Positions 12,301 through 23,989 are shown, numbered from the whole stretch's first letter. The stretch is DNA of 63,833 nucleotides, filler included, from Hyphochytrium catenoides (GCA_900088475.1; 15 parts of 15 records of this genome joined end to end with filler, not necessarily neighbours in it), one strand, 5' to 3'. Notes: generated from the sequence alone by a model not told the origin. Translations and numbers: made by a program.

Positions 12301-13681
12301 CGTATATCCATCCCAGAAAATTGGTCGTTGCGACCCAATAACCAAAGAACCCTGTTATTCAGCGGGCAAGGCGGTGTTGAACAGGAAGAACTGTGAAGGA
12401 TGATAGGAGTTCCCCAATGATATCGTGGCCCTGCCGCCGGAACTATGTCATTCTCATGCATAATGCGGTATTTCACATACTTGCCATCCAACAAGTACGG
12501 AGATGCAGAGACCGCAGAGGGAGGCTCTCCAAAGGTGATGATGTGAATTTTTTGCAACCCATCGTTCTCCGAGTACGCAAACCCCTTTCTCTTAGCGTAA
12601 TCCATAATATCAACACCAGCAATTGACGCCAACGCTCCGCCGCGAGAATGACCGACCACGAGTACTTTGGTTGATGATCCCTGAGCGTACAAGATTCCAA
12701 AGCTTTCATCACTTCTTCCCTCATAAACTCTTTGTAATAGTGAAGGAATCCGTTACTTCCTTCGTAGATAACGTCGGTCGTCGGACTAACCCAGGAACTC
12801 ATTGTGCCACCCATACAGTTCGTATTGCGTAACCAGGTCCTTGAAGGACCTGAAGTAGATATAGAGCCCACTGTGCCGCGGAACGCGAAGACACACATTC
12901 CACGGTCTGGAACCCGTGCGTAGAAGCCGTAGTCTCCCTGCGACTCCACATCAGTAAAGTCATAGTCATAGCTCTCAAAATCACCCTGATGAGGAAGGCG
13001 TTTAACCCCAAAGAACTCTTGCGCTATTCCGTGTTCTCCCATCAACTGCTGGTAATATTCCTGGGGCACGTTCTGGGGGCGATGGCCAAGCTCGTAAGCT
13101 AGAGTTGAGTAGAGAAGGGCAATGGCAACACGGACTTTGTGCTTGAAGAACCAGACCTTACCAGCTCCTGTAGCATTTGGTGTTTCGACTTCAATATTGC
13201 GTAATGTTTTCAGAGTAGCTTCGATGGTGTCGGCCATTGTATAGCCATAGTTTATCGGGTCGAGAGTATAGCCATATAACTGGGAAGAGTTGGCGGGAAT
13301 CGTCGGCCCGAAAGAGGTTTGAGCCATGGAAATGGAGGGTGAGATGGGCGAGCTGTCGTTTGCGGATGCTGCATGATTGTCACCTTCTTGAGGAGGTCCA
13401 GAAGAAAGAAGAAAAGCAGCCAGACCAGCACCTACAAGTCCCACACTCAGCGAGACAATCATGGCAAACCTTTTTCGAGGACGCTGCGACTCCCAGGTCT
13501 TAGCGGTGGAGCTGTCAGACTCGGCAGGATAACCTCGTTCCTCACTGTGGAAAAGAGGTATCGTGGCAGAGGTTCTGGAGCTTGGAAGAGCAATGGCAAA
13601 CCTCTGGCTCCCCTCAACATTCTCGATAGCGCCCCGCTGGTCGGAAGCCGGCGTTGGTGGGATCTGCTGGTAGAAATCCAT
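9385..13681 (-). CDS. Signal-anchored class 3 lipase + hevein/CBM18 + Pro linker + Hint (Hog-like) autoprocessing domain + hydrophobic tail; 6 exons, one frameshift near 12690
   Basis: Exons: 13681-11753 (frameshift near 12690), 11407-11303, 10919-10844, 10582-10369, 10086 (or 10080)-9994 and 9696-9385. All introns are GT-AG with matching phase. Motifs: TM segment FAMIVSLSVGLVGAGLAAFLL; lipase FAFRGT, GHSRGG, TFGEP, HENDIVP, EYHALESY; hevein CGSHYEWRACKATFCCSKWGYCGEDKPWYC; Hint CFAEDSRV..KKIVDVSLGDYVLS, LRLTPEHLLY, VPASSLTSGDEVL, NLYTMDGNLIVNGVVCSN. Confidence 0.8.
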
Positions 13682-13949
13682 TGTTGTCGCTCTCTGTCAT
13701 ACGAAATGAATCGGAGAGCGTTAAAGGTCTGCGGTCAGGATTTGCTCTGTGGTCGCGGATGGTCACCCTTAGAGGACGACCGCGCTGTCCGGGGCTGTAG
13801 CCTTAACACTGAGTGAGGAGAATGGTCGAATGAGGGAATCCGAGGAGGAGGGGAAAAAAGCAGTAGTCACCGGTTGTTCGTGGAGGGGATGGAGTGGCCA
13901 TTGCCTTCAGGGCTTTTCTTGGGGCGATGGGCTCCAGTTGGTCGGCTTG

Positions 13950-16290
13950 TATCGGGGTCTCTTTTCAAGAAGTACAATAATTTTAAGACTGGTTTTGGAG
14001 GGAGCACATAATGAGCCAATGAGTGAAGAGGGCCTCCTAAGATGTTTGGAGGGCAGAAGGAATCTTTCTGGGATCTATTCCAAGTTCTACTGTTATTTAT
14101 TAACTATGCTCGTTTTGTGGAACAGGGAAAGAAGAAGAAGACGGAGCCCGAAAAGCAAGTACTGTAAAGGCTTTCTCACGTCGTCTTTCGGGAGCGCCTC
14201 TCTCTCTTTAATTCGCTCCACCATCTCTTCTCTTCTCCCCTACCGCCAACAGCTCCGTCAACGCATCTTTTTGCAGGCTATGTCAAAACGTTTACAGGGA
14301 GGTGGTGGCAGTCAGTATAAGATAAGGACTACCAGGGCTAGCACTTTACTAATTCTCGAGGGCCATGGTAGAAACCACCACAGGAACGACGACTACTACG
14401 ATCACAACCGATGAGTTTGCGTGAAGTATTTTCCGTTCTCCGTTTTTGGAAGAAAGGAGAACCGAGGAGGAGATCAGTCTTTATATTTTATATTGGGCGG
14501 AGCTAAAACACGGAGATCAGTCATAATATTATTATATAATCGTAGGCAGAGAACGGAGATTACTTCCCGCATACAACTGATGACTGACGTCCAGAGTAGT
14601 GTTACATTTTGACGTCTAGTAATAGTGTTTGTTCCAACCTTTTACTTTTTCCCTGTGTAGAACTACTAGGAGGTAGTAGAATGGCACATCAGCTCCTATG
14701 CTTCCGTTATGTTCTACTATTAACTGGTAACTACCCGACAATGTCTTCCCATGCACACGTCAATAGTGACGAAGTCCATGCACCGTAAACCTTGAACCAC
14801 CTGAGCAGCACGGTAAAGGACACAACGCTCTGGGTTCTTATTCTCAGACCGAGCACTGGACCTGATCTTGCTTAGGCGCGTCTGGACCTGGATGCGCCTG
14901 GTATCCGTTCTACAGAGAAAAAGTTGAGAGCCTCTTTCTTCTTTTCTCTTCTCTGGGGTCTATTCCACGTGGCAATACGGAGCCTATAACCCAGCCTATT
15001 AATAGTTATTGTTGTCGTCGATGGCGCCCCTACCACCAGTAGTCCGTTATTAACAAAATTTCTGTAAAGGAAGAGCTCTCCATGTGGACTCCACGGCCTG
15101 CCCTCGCAACTTTCCATGAATTCATGACAGCTGTGAAGAATATTTCAATAGCTAGTTAGAATGTTGTTACTTTCCTGTAGTTCTATGCATTAACCCGGGT
15201 GGTGATACTTCTTACGACCGAGCTTAGTTCAACTTTGTCCAGTAGTATTCTATAGGTAAACGTATTAGCGGTTGGATTACCTTCGCTCGTTGGATGGGGA
15301 GAGAAACTCTCCGAATGTCGACTGGTCTGTTGGGATTCCACCCGTAGCTCTTCCGCTCAACAACAACGTGAACGGAATGATGAGGCAGAACAGTCGACAT
15401 TCGGAGAGTTTCGCGTTGTTGAGAGTTTATACGTTGTCGGAAGAAACAGATAAAGGAATGATGAGGCAGCAAGCGATCTTCCGCTCAACAACGCGAACGG
15501 AAAGCAAAAGAAACAGGAGGAGCGCCCAGCTGAATAAGATGTTCATCACTTTCAGCGTCAGCAGTATACCAGGGGGCCGGCGGCGCCGAGCTTGTATCAG
15601 CAGCAGTCGTCGTTCTAATAATGCATGGGAGGCAGAGCCTTCTTCTTATAAACTTTCTACTACACTACCGTCTCCCTTTTCGCGGCCGCACAATTGTCAG
15701 CATACTTCGAAGCGTAGGAGTGCTCCTCCTCCAACTATACCATAGCCTTTCGACGAACTGCATAGAGTTCTGTGTCCCAGGTCTATTCTTTCAGCAGTCA
15801 CCTCATCGATAGTTAGCTAGTGATCCTCTTCTCCGTTATCATCGATGGGATTTTTTTATAAAAAAACTACTCCGTATAACAAAGGCCAACCACCAACTAA
15901 CCTTTATTCCTCTCCAGGGTTTCGATCTTGCATGCAGATAAAATAATAAAGGCCTTTCTCGCCCGAGGTTGTTGCAATCTTGCATGAGATAACGTGCCGC
16001 CTTACAAGAGTTAATGGCAAAAATGATCATCGACGCTAGCATCCTTGTCACCCTTCCTGGAGGTTGGTCATCGTTAAGCTGCTGGCCTTCCTTCTTGTGT
16101 TGATCGGCGCTTTGCTGAGAGCTTCCGCGGCCGGCAGCAGTAGGAATAAGTCGTCACAACTCTCGAGTAGTCTTAGGATGAACCCAGTCTGTGCCACGGA
16201 TTGAATCTGCAGACTGACTTCTGAAGCCACAATAATCTCCAGATAGGGGCTGTAGATACTGAAAACGAATCTGCTGCGTCAATTCTAAAT
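13950..16290. other. Complex intergenic tract, probably a decayed repeat/TE relic
   Basis: Microsatellite-poor and TA-enriched, with no recognisable ORF. Short internal direct repeats: TGACGTC(C/T)AG near 14585/14610, and TCTTCCGCTCAACAAC and GGAATGATGAGGCAG each twice within 15348-15500. Confidence 0.35.
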
Positions 16291-16778
16291 CTTAGCTGCT
16301 TGGGTTCAGATGTCCTGTCACAACCCTGGCTTTCCTGCTTGCAGTGGGGCGGCTCTGCTTCTCGTCTCTCAACTTTTCTGGCTTTTTTCTTCCGTTCTTC
16401 TCTCTCTTTTTTAACTCTCTCCTCCTCAATTGTGTTCTTCTTCTCTCTCTCTCCTGCCTTCTTCTTGGCTGTCCTTCACTGCTCAGTTTTGTTTCTCAGT
16501 GGTAAGGCTCTCCCTCCTTCGGCGCTTTGTTACCTCCTCTTCTTCTCTCCCTTGTATTGCATCTCTCCTCTTTCTCTATCGCTTTTCGATATCGGAAAAG
16601 CTCCTCGTTCAATCTCAGCTGCGTCCTACGGACATACGTTTCTTGTGCATGTTGCCGAGAATGGCTACTTCTTTCTCACTTTTGGGCCTGGGTGAAGCTC
16701 GTCAAGCGTCCGTGTCTGTGCTGCTTCTTGTTGGGTGTGTACGTCTTCTCCCCTCTTCTCCCTCTCCTCTTCCCTCCT

Positions 16779-16815
<37 letters not shown>

Positions 16816-16990
16816 AACAATTCCTCTCTTCTTCTTATCTCTTTTCCTCTCTCTCTCTCTTCTCTTGTTGGACGTACTACTCTTCTCCCTCTGTCTTGCT
16901 GCGGTCTCTCTTACTCATCCCTAAAAATCTCAAGCTCAGCGCCTTGCTGATACGACGGTTAAAATATATTTAGTCTTTTGGACGAGGAGG

Positions 16991-18149
16991 TCAGAGACCT
17001 GGGATTGTGAACTTTCCTTTGCTCGTCCACACGGCCCCGACCTCCGTCAGGTCCTTGTACGCTTCGGCGTAGGACTGCAGCCAATCTGTGTTGCTCACGG
17101 TATATTCCAGGATCTCCTGAGCCCACTCCCGGACATCTTCAGACAGTTTCTCTTGATTCATGAGCTTCCCGTTAGAGAACGGACAGAGATTGATGGGAGA
17201 GTTCATTGCGTCTGAGACGGTGTACTGCCAGTTGGCATCTCCTGTCCAATGGACCTCCTTCGCCTTCGTATACTTGTTCGTGGAGACCGTCAGATTGCCG
17301 GCCCACTGGTCCGTGTACCATTTGTTAGTCCATTTGAACTGCTGCGCGCCATCGGCTCTGCCTTTCCCGTCTTCCATAATAGCGTGGGCGCCCAGGAGGG
17401 CGGCGCCTCTGCTCACGTCCAAACCAATGCTCTTCCAATAGGCCGCCATATCTACGGATGATGATTAGAAAATGGGAAGAGGGAACGAGAAAGAAATGAG
17501 AGAAAGAAAGAAAGAGAGAGAGAGGGAAAGAGAGAACGAGGAGAAGGAAGAGAGAGAGAGAGAGAGAACAATGAAGAGGAATGAACTTATAACCTGACAG
17601 GAAGAAACATAAGGAAGAAGTGCAGGAAGAACTTGGAAGTAAGATTTGAAAGGGAGAGAGCGAATGCAAGATGAAAGAGAATGATCTTTTAGGACACGAA
17701 GCAAGAAGAAGAAAGATAAGTGGCGAAGGAAGAAAGAAGCCAGATGTCAACTGGAAACGGTAGTATCGGTAGAACAAGGAACAAAGCAAGCGAGAGCTAG
17801 AAAGAGAGAGAGAGAGAGAGAGAGNNNNNNNNNNNNNNNNNNNNNNNNNNNNNNNNNNNNNNNNNNNNTTAATTAATTAANNNNNNNNNNNNNNNNNNNN
17901 NNNNNNNNNNNNNNNNNNNNNNNNATCAGAGTCGATGAATAACCTGATGGCCAGAGTCCTGCACCAGTCGTAGGTGGGGCCAGCCCCAGCGACCTCTAGG
18001 AACGGCTTGATCTCCTCAACTGAATGGAACTCGTAGCCAGTCAAGGCCATCTGCGAAGATGGAGAATGATAAGACACAAGGACCACTGAGAGAGAAAGAC
18101 AAAGAGAGAGAAAGCAAAAGAGAGAGAAAGAAGAAGTAACAGAATGCGC

Positions 18150-18208
<59 letters not shown>

Positions 18209-18465
18209 AGAAAGCGATGACTACGTAGCGGCGCTGAGGCCCACCTCTGGCAATACAAGGACATCCACTTGTCCCAGAGAGAGATGAGATAGCATTCCAG
18301 AGAGCGTCTGCATGTTCTTCTCTCGCTGCATAAAGGCAGGGGCTGCCGCGATTCACAGCCAGCAGGGGAGAGAAAAGGATCTGTCAGGTTAAAAGAGAGA
18401 ATGAAGAGACGAAAGGCAACTCACCATACTGAACCACAGCCACCCTCATGGTCCTCAACAGAGCC
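16991..18465 (-). CDS. Non-animal heme peroxidase (APX/CcP/class II superfamily), multi-exon, partly lost in the contig gap
   Basis: The last exon (17451-16991) has YWKSIGLDVSRGAALLGAHAI (proximal His helix), WTNKWY, SDAM and LEYTVSNTDWLQSYAEAYKDLTEVGA. Upstream exons near 18050-17935 (..CRTLAIR, distal-helix Arg), 18330-18228 and 18465-18425 lie across the linker. Confidence 0.68.
17825..17924. other. Artificial contig-joining linker N44-TTAATTAATTAA-N44 (first of 14)
   Basis: Identical 100-nt linkers with stops in all six frames also start at 19348, 27829, 29170, 31084, 32607, 36453, 38596, 44882, 52407, 55451, 56588, 58116 and 60946. Confidence 0.97.
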
Positions 18466-18937
18466 TAGCAGACAGGCTACGCAGTTGTTAACAGAGAAGA
18501 GAGTAAAGGACGATAGGACGGACCGAGAGCATGAGGCGAGGGGCACAGGAGAGAGATAGACAGAGAGAGCGAGGGACAACCAGAGAAAGAGAGAGAGAGA
18601 GGAGAGAGAAAGCGAGTGAATAAGCGCGCTCGACAGAGCATTTAGCAACTGGGGAGGGTTTCTGATCTTTATCATCTCTTCCTCTTGCAAGTTAAGGAGA
18701 ACTGGGCCCATCCTCTCCATGGCCGTTCTGTCAGAAAGCCTCTTCTGATGATGCATCACAAAGCTTTTTTTCTCTATCGTAGACGGCTTTCTCTCTCTGT
18801 CTCTCACTCTCTGTCTCTCTCTCTTTCTGTCTCTCTTTCTCTCTGTCTCTCTTTCTCTCTCTCTTTCTTTCGGTCTCTCTCTCTCTCTCTGTCTCTCTCT
18901 TTCTTTTGGTCTCTCTCTCTCTCTGTCTCTCTCTCTG

Positions 18938-18968
<31 letters not shown>

Positions 18969-20385
18969 GTGTCTCTCTCTCTCACTCACATGCTGATGTG
19001 TCAGAAGCCTAAAACCTATTTCAGATATATCCTCCAATACCTGCTCGGATTCCCGATACTGCCGTAGGGGTGTATGAAAGCAATTTTTATAGGTGTAGTT
19101 TTCGTTGATCGAGGGTGGTGCATTGATTATGGAGTGAAAGAATGATTGGAAACCATCGATTGTGGAAACGAAGCGTGCAGATTTGATTTATGGAATCGGG
19201 ATGAATGAGAGAGAAGGAGGAGAAGTGGTGAATGTTAGTGATCGTTGGGAAGGGGAGATTATCGAGGATTGCTTCATCACGAGAGTCCGATTCGGAGTTC
19301 GGGTGGGAGGAGCGAGTGTGGTTGTGTTGAGGCCGAAGAGGTGCAGTNNNNNNNNNNNNNNNNNNNNNNNNNNNNNNNNNNNNNNNNNNNNTTAATTAAT
19401 TAANNNNNNNNNNNNNNNNNNNNNNNNNNNNNNNNNNNNNNNNNNNNCAATCCTGACACTTCCAGAGGGCAAACTACTCTGCTCGGAGCGCCATCGACAG
19501 GAGAATCAGAAGCATAAAAGAGAGAGGAAGAGGAGAGAGACAGAGATAGGAAGAGGAAAAACAGAGAATGAGAGAGAGAGAGAAAGAGAATGAGAGACGG
19601 AAGAAAATATGAGGAAGCCGTGTGCCAAAGAAGAAGAGTTGACCGTAACAGAGAGATGTTTTGACCTTGGGAGAGAGAGAAAGCAGACAGAAGAGAAAGA
19701 GAGAAAAGAGCGAGAGGGACCTAGCCGTATGACTATGACACTGACGCTGGATGCCTAGGAACAGCCTTTTCTGTTGCCTAGTTAGTTCTTAGTCCACTAT
19801 CCGCTGGTCCAGATCTTCGAATGATGTTCTCCCCCTCTCTCCGTTCTCTCTCTCTCTCTTTCCCTTCTCTCTCTCTCTCTGTCTCTCTTATACTGCTCTC
19901 TGACTGTTGCTCCATCTTTCCTTGTTCTCTTCTTTTACTCTCTCTCTCTCTCTCTCTCTCTCCGGTGCTCTGTCTCTCTTCCGCCTTTCTTGAGTTGCCA
20001 GTTGTATACAGAAAGCAGGGAGAGACCAAACGGGAAAGAGAAGCTGGTTCTGAGAGCTGAAGTCTTTAGTCCTCCGTCGCTCTTCAAGGACCTCAAGAGA
20101 AAGGACAGAGTGATTGAAAGCACCACACAATGAGAGCCATCTAGTTAGGACTTTTCATCAAAAGAGAACGAGCCAACGCTTGCCTAAGAAGAGAAAGAAA
20201 GAGGAGAAGGAAGAAAAGAGAGTAAAAGAGAGATAGAGAGATAAAGAGAGATAAAGAGAGAGGACGGAAGAGAGAGAGTTAGATAAAATCGAAAAAGAGA
20301 GGGAGAGAGTTTTGATATAGGGAAAGAGAGAGAAAGGGAGTGAAAGCGAGAGAAAGAGAGAGAGGGAGAGAGAGTTATTCATAGG

Positions 20386-20423
<38 letters not shown>

Positions 20424-21620
20424 TTTAGGCTTCCGGTCTAAGAGTTAATAAAGAGACTGAGTACTGTTTTACAGTTATACCGAATACCAAGTCTGCGAGA
20501 CAGAGTGAGACATATCTTAGGCTATCCCATGAATGACATACGGTATAGAAGGAAGTGGCGAGGAAGAGACGAGCCGCCGCACCGAAGCTTTTTCCTCTAT
20601 TCGTGCGTTCTTCTACTGTCTCTCTCTCCGTCTATCATCTCCAGCTGCACACACACTCTCTCTCGTTCTTCTGCTGCTCTCTCTCTCTCTCTCTTTCTTT
20701 CCCTCTTTCACCATTATTGAACCACGGTCTCCGGGTCTTTCTTTGTCTCTTCCGATCAATAGAATATCTGGTCTGTCTCTTTGAAGCTAGACCTCTTTAC
20801 ACTTTCTCTCTCTCTCCTTGTTTCCCCCTCTCTCTTTCTCCGTCTCTCTCTCGTTTTCTGCATTGCAGAGCAGCCCAGCGCCAGAAGATGATATCCAACG
20901 CAGTGTAAGACAGGCAGAGAAAAGAGTTCTCTATTGAGAGAGAGAGCAGCCCATCATCAACAGCTAGCGGAAGGAAGAAAAGCTGTCACGAATGTTGATG
21001 TCAAGCTCTGTCACTCCTTCCTTCTTTCTCTCTTGGAAGCTCATTGACTCGCATGAATAGCTGTTCTGATCTCCCTGCCTCTCCTCCACCTATTCTCTCT
21101 TCTCTTCTCCCCTCTCCTGCTAGACATGTAAACGGCTCTATCTTGCCTCTCGCTAGTGATCGGGTGAGGAGCATCATCATCCTGAAGTCTGCCACATCAG
21201 GAGAGACGAGCGGGAGAAGCTGCACGGACCAAGCATCGCGTTCTCTCTTCTGAATAGTGGTCCTGAGACTGTGTGAGACCTCTTCAAGCTCCGCTTCTGC
21301 TGCTCCATGGCCCCACTGCGCCTTATAATCGCTGGAGACAAGCATGATGATGAGCGATGAGAAAGATTGAAGCGAGAGCAGCTTGCTCCGGATGAGAAGT
21401 TAGGAGGCTAGAGATGGAGCTCTGCCAAATCACTCTCTCTCTCTTCCTTTCCCTATGAGTCAATTTTCAGCTCCCTTCAGTCTCCAATAACCTTGGGTTA
21501 GCGTCCGAAGATGTCTCTGTAGGCTCTCAATGGGAACTCTCATTGCGCATTTGACATACGCCTCCCACCTGCACACCGATAGGGAGAAAGAGGTTCCAAC
21601 TGTTCGAGAGGAGAAGAAAG

Positions 21621-21651
<31 letters not shown>

Positions 21652-22560
21652 TGTGTGCGTGAGAGAGAAAAGAGAAGGAAATGAAAGAGAGAAGTCCATC
21701 AGCTCCAATTACATCAGACATGGAGACCAAGGAGAGAGACAAGGAAGAACGAGCTCAAAAGGAGCAATAAAGGTTTAGATAGAGTCAACAACCCTAACAT
21801 AAGATTATAATGCCCTCATTTAACCGCCATCGCCAGAGCAGGAGAGATGAAAATAAGAGAGAGAGACAGCGAGAGAGAGAGAGAGGGAGAGAGACAGGCA
21901 GCTAGAGCGCCCATTGTTTCTGAAGTCCGCAGCTCTTCCCCGTATGGAGCCAACAGCAAGCTCCTTGCTTTAGCTCTATCCCTCCATGTCTCTCCCTCTC
22001 TCCCTCTTTTTCTCTCTCTTTGTTCTCAACACGGGCCTTTCGATCTCAGTGCGCAGACTCAAGAGACAGATGTACAGGGGAAGAGGAAAGTAAGGCACTG
22101 CCCCAACTGATGAAGAATTTAAGGATGTTAGGGAAGACGGCCGATAAAGATTGAGCACAGCAGAACCAGGACGTCTCTTCTTTGTCTATTCCCTTTCTCT
22201 CGCTGTATATACACATGTTTGCTCCTCTGTTCTCCACTCTATTGCTCGGTATGGCAACTCCTTCTTGGTTCTCTCTCTTCAGATTGGAGGACGGGGGGAG
22301 GAAGAGAGAGAGAGAGAGAGACTGAGCCACGCGAAGGAGAATAGAATCGATCGTGGTCTGTTTATTTATTTTGCGGCAAGAAAATTGTCTTCATGACAAG
22401 ATAACAGAGACTCGGCGATGGCGGGTAGAGAGAAGCCTGAGCCGCTGAGAAGAAAGACAGAGAGAGAGAGAGAGAAACAACCAGGAAAAGCAATTGATAT
22501 TCAAAACTCGAACTGAGCCAGCCAGAGAGAGAGAGAAACGGAGACGGGCTCTGGAAGTGC

Positions 22561-23643
22561 TCACACTTCAACCTGTTCTGCTCTTCCTCTTAGAAAAGAA
22601 GGCAAGAGTAAACGTCGCTTTGTCTCTTCCTCTTCTCCCTCGCTGCGTCCACACAGATTCGAGGGCAACTGTGGCCTTATCCTCGCTACAATGTCTCTCC
22701 AGTCTCCTCGTGGGTTGGCCTGGGTAATGGCGATAACGCCATCATTTATCCTTGCTCTCAGATTGTTCACGTCATCCCAAGAGTTGTCATGACCTGTCCC
22801 CTGGCCTCCAACGCCATAGCCGTCATCCGCAATGACTCTCTTCCCCGTCAAGGAAGAGACTCCTGCCCAGGTCACGAGGTTGTTAGGATCTAAGCGGATG
22901 CGCGGGTTGTCAGCCTCCGTTCTCCCGCCAGAAGTGTGAATGAAAGAGACAGAAGAAGAGAGAGAGGCGAAGGCTCCCCACCAAGACGCTTGGTCGTTGA
23001 CCCAGGGAGAGATATCCCAAGAGATCTTCGCATTAGGGAGAGACTCTTTGATCGCAGAGACGATGGACTGGAAGAAAGACAGCATCTCTTGGTCAGAGAG
23101 TCCGCCTCCTTCCTGGGTGCCTGCGCGGGCCGAGTACTGATAGAAATCAGGCTCAATGAGCCAGATGACGTCTCTCTCTCCTGCTCTCTCTTCTTCTCCC
23201 GCTTCTCTTCCTCTCATCATAATCTTCGCTGTCTCCTGTGCGTAGTTTCTATAGGTGTCGAGGATGAGCTGCCTGTTCTCTCTGATGAACTTGGCTCCGT
23301 ACTGGCAGAGGCTCGGCGTCCCTACATCGCAATCCTTGAGCCCAGCCTTGGAGCGAGCCAGAAAGGCAGTGATATAAGCGTAAAAGACAGGAGAGAGAGA
23401 GAATCTCTTCGCTGTCTCCAGCATTTTCCCATGGTGCCAAGGGTTAAAGTTGTTGCTTCCCGTCGCGGAGTCCGGCGTCCCGACCCAGATCGTGAGATAG
23501 TCCAGACCAGAGTAGTCGCGGCCTTCGCCTTCGTAGAAGGTGCCGAAGTTGAAGCGGCACGGGTTGAAGAGAGAGAGAGAGGGAGAAGAAAGAAAGAGAA
23601 GAGAGGCAAAGAGAGAGAGAAGTAGGGAATGTCCTCTCCCCAT
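22561..23643 (-). CDS. Secreted, intronless putative glycoside hydrolase-like protein, 360 aa
   Basis: N-terminal signal peptide followed by a globular Trp/Asp/Gly-rich alpha/beta domain with PVFYAYI, LKDCDVG, VIWLIEPDFYQY, ISWDISPW, FIHTSGG and VIADDGYGVGG. The EPD motif echoes GH6. The function is inferred only. Confidence 0.75.
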   Translation of the reverse strand: MGRGHSLLLSLFASLLFLSSPSLSLFNPCRFNFGTFYEGEGRDYSGLDYLTIWVGTPDSATGSNNFNPWHHGKMLETAKRFSLSPVFYAYITAFLARSKAGLKDCDVGTPSLCQYGAKFIRENRQLILDTYRNYAQETAKIMMRGREAGEEERAGERDVIWLIEPDFYQYSARAGTQEGGGLSDQEMLSFFQSIVSAIKESLPNAKISWDISPWVNDQASWWGAFASLSSSVSFIHTSGGRTEADNPRIRLDPNNLVTWAGVSSLTGKRVIADDGYGVGGQGTGHDNSWDDVNNLRARINDGVIAITQANPRGDWRDIVARIRPQLPSNLCGRSEGEEEETKRRLLLPSFLRGRAEQVEV

Positions 23644-23698
23644 TATGGCCCGTGACGTAAGGGATAATGAAATTAAAAAGTCTTGGGACCGCGAGGGG

Positions 23699-23741
<43 letters not shown>

Positions 23742-23946
23742 TCGCAACCAGAGAGAGAAAAGTAGAGCCTGACAGATGGGGAGGGAGAGGTCTTCTGCGG
23801 CTACCACTTAGGAAGCCCTGGTCTGCGTTCTCCTTGGTAGATTGGCAAGTGTCCTGATCCTAAGAGCCTGGCTGCTGAGAATGGTAGTAAGTACCTTCTC
23901 TTCTCTTGCCTTCCTTTTCTCTCTCCCTCTCTCTATCTCTCTCTCT

Positions 23947-23989
<43 letters not shown>

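Noticed and set aside
17925-17950. Apparent replacement of the peroxidase distal His (IRLFIDSD)
   Set aside because: AG|GTTATT is a plausible donor within the Arg codon, so LFIDSD is probably intronic.
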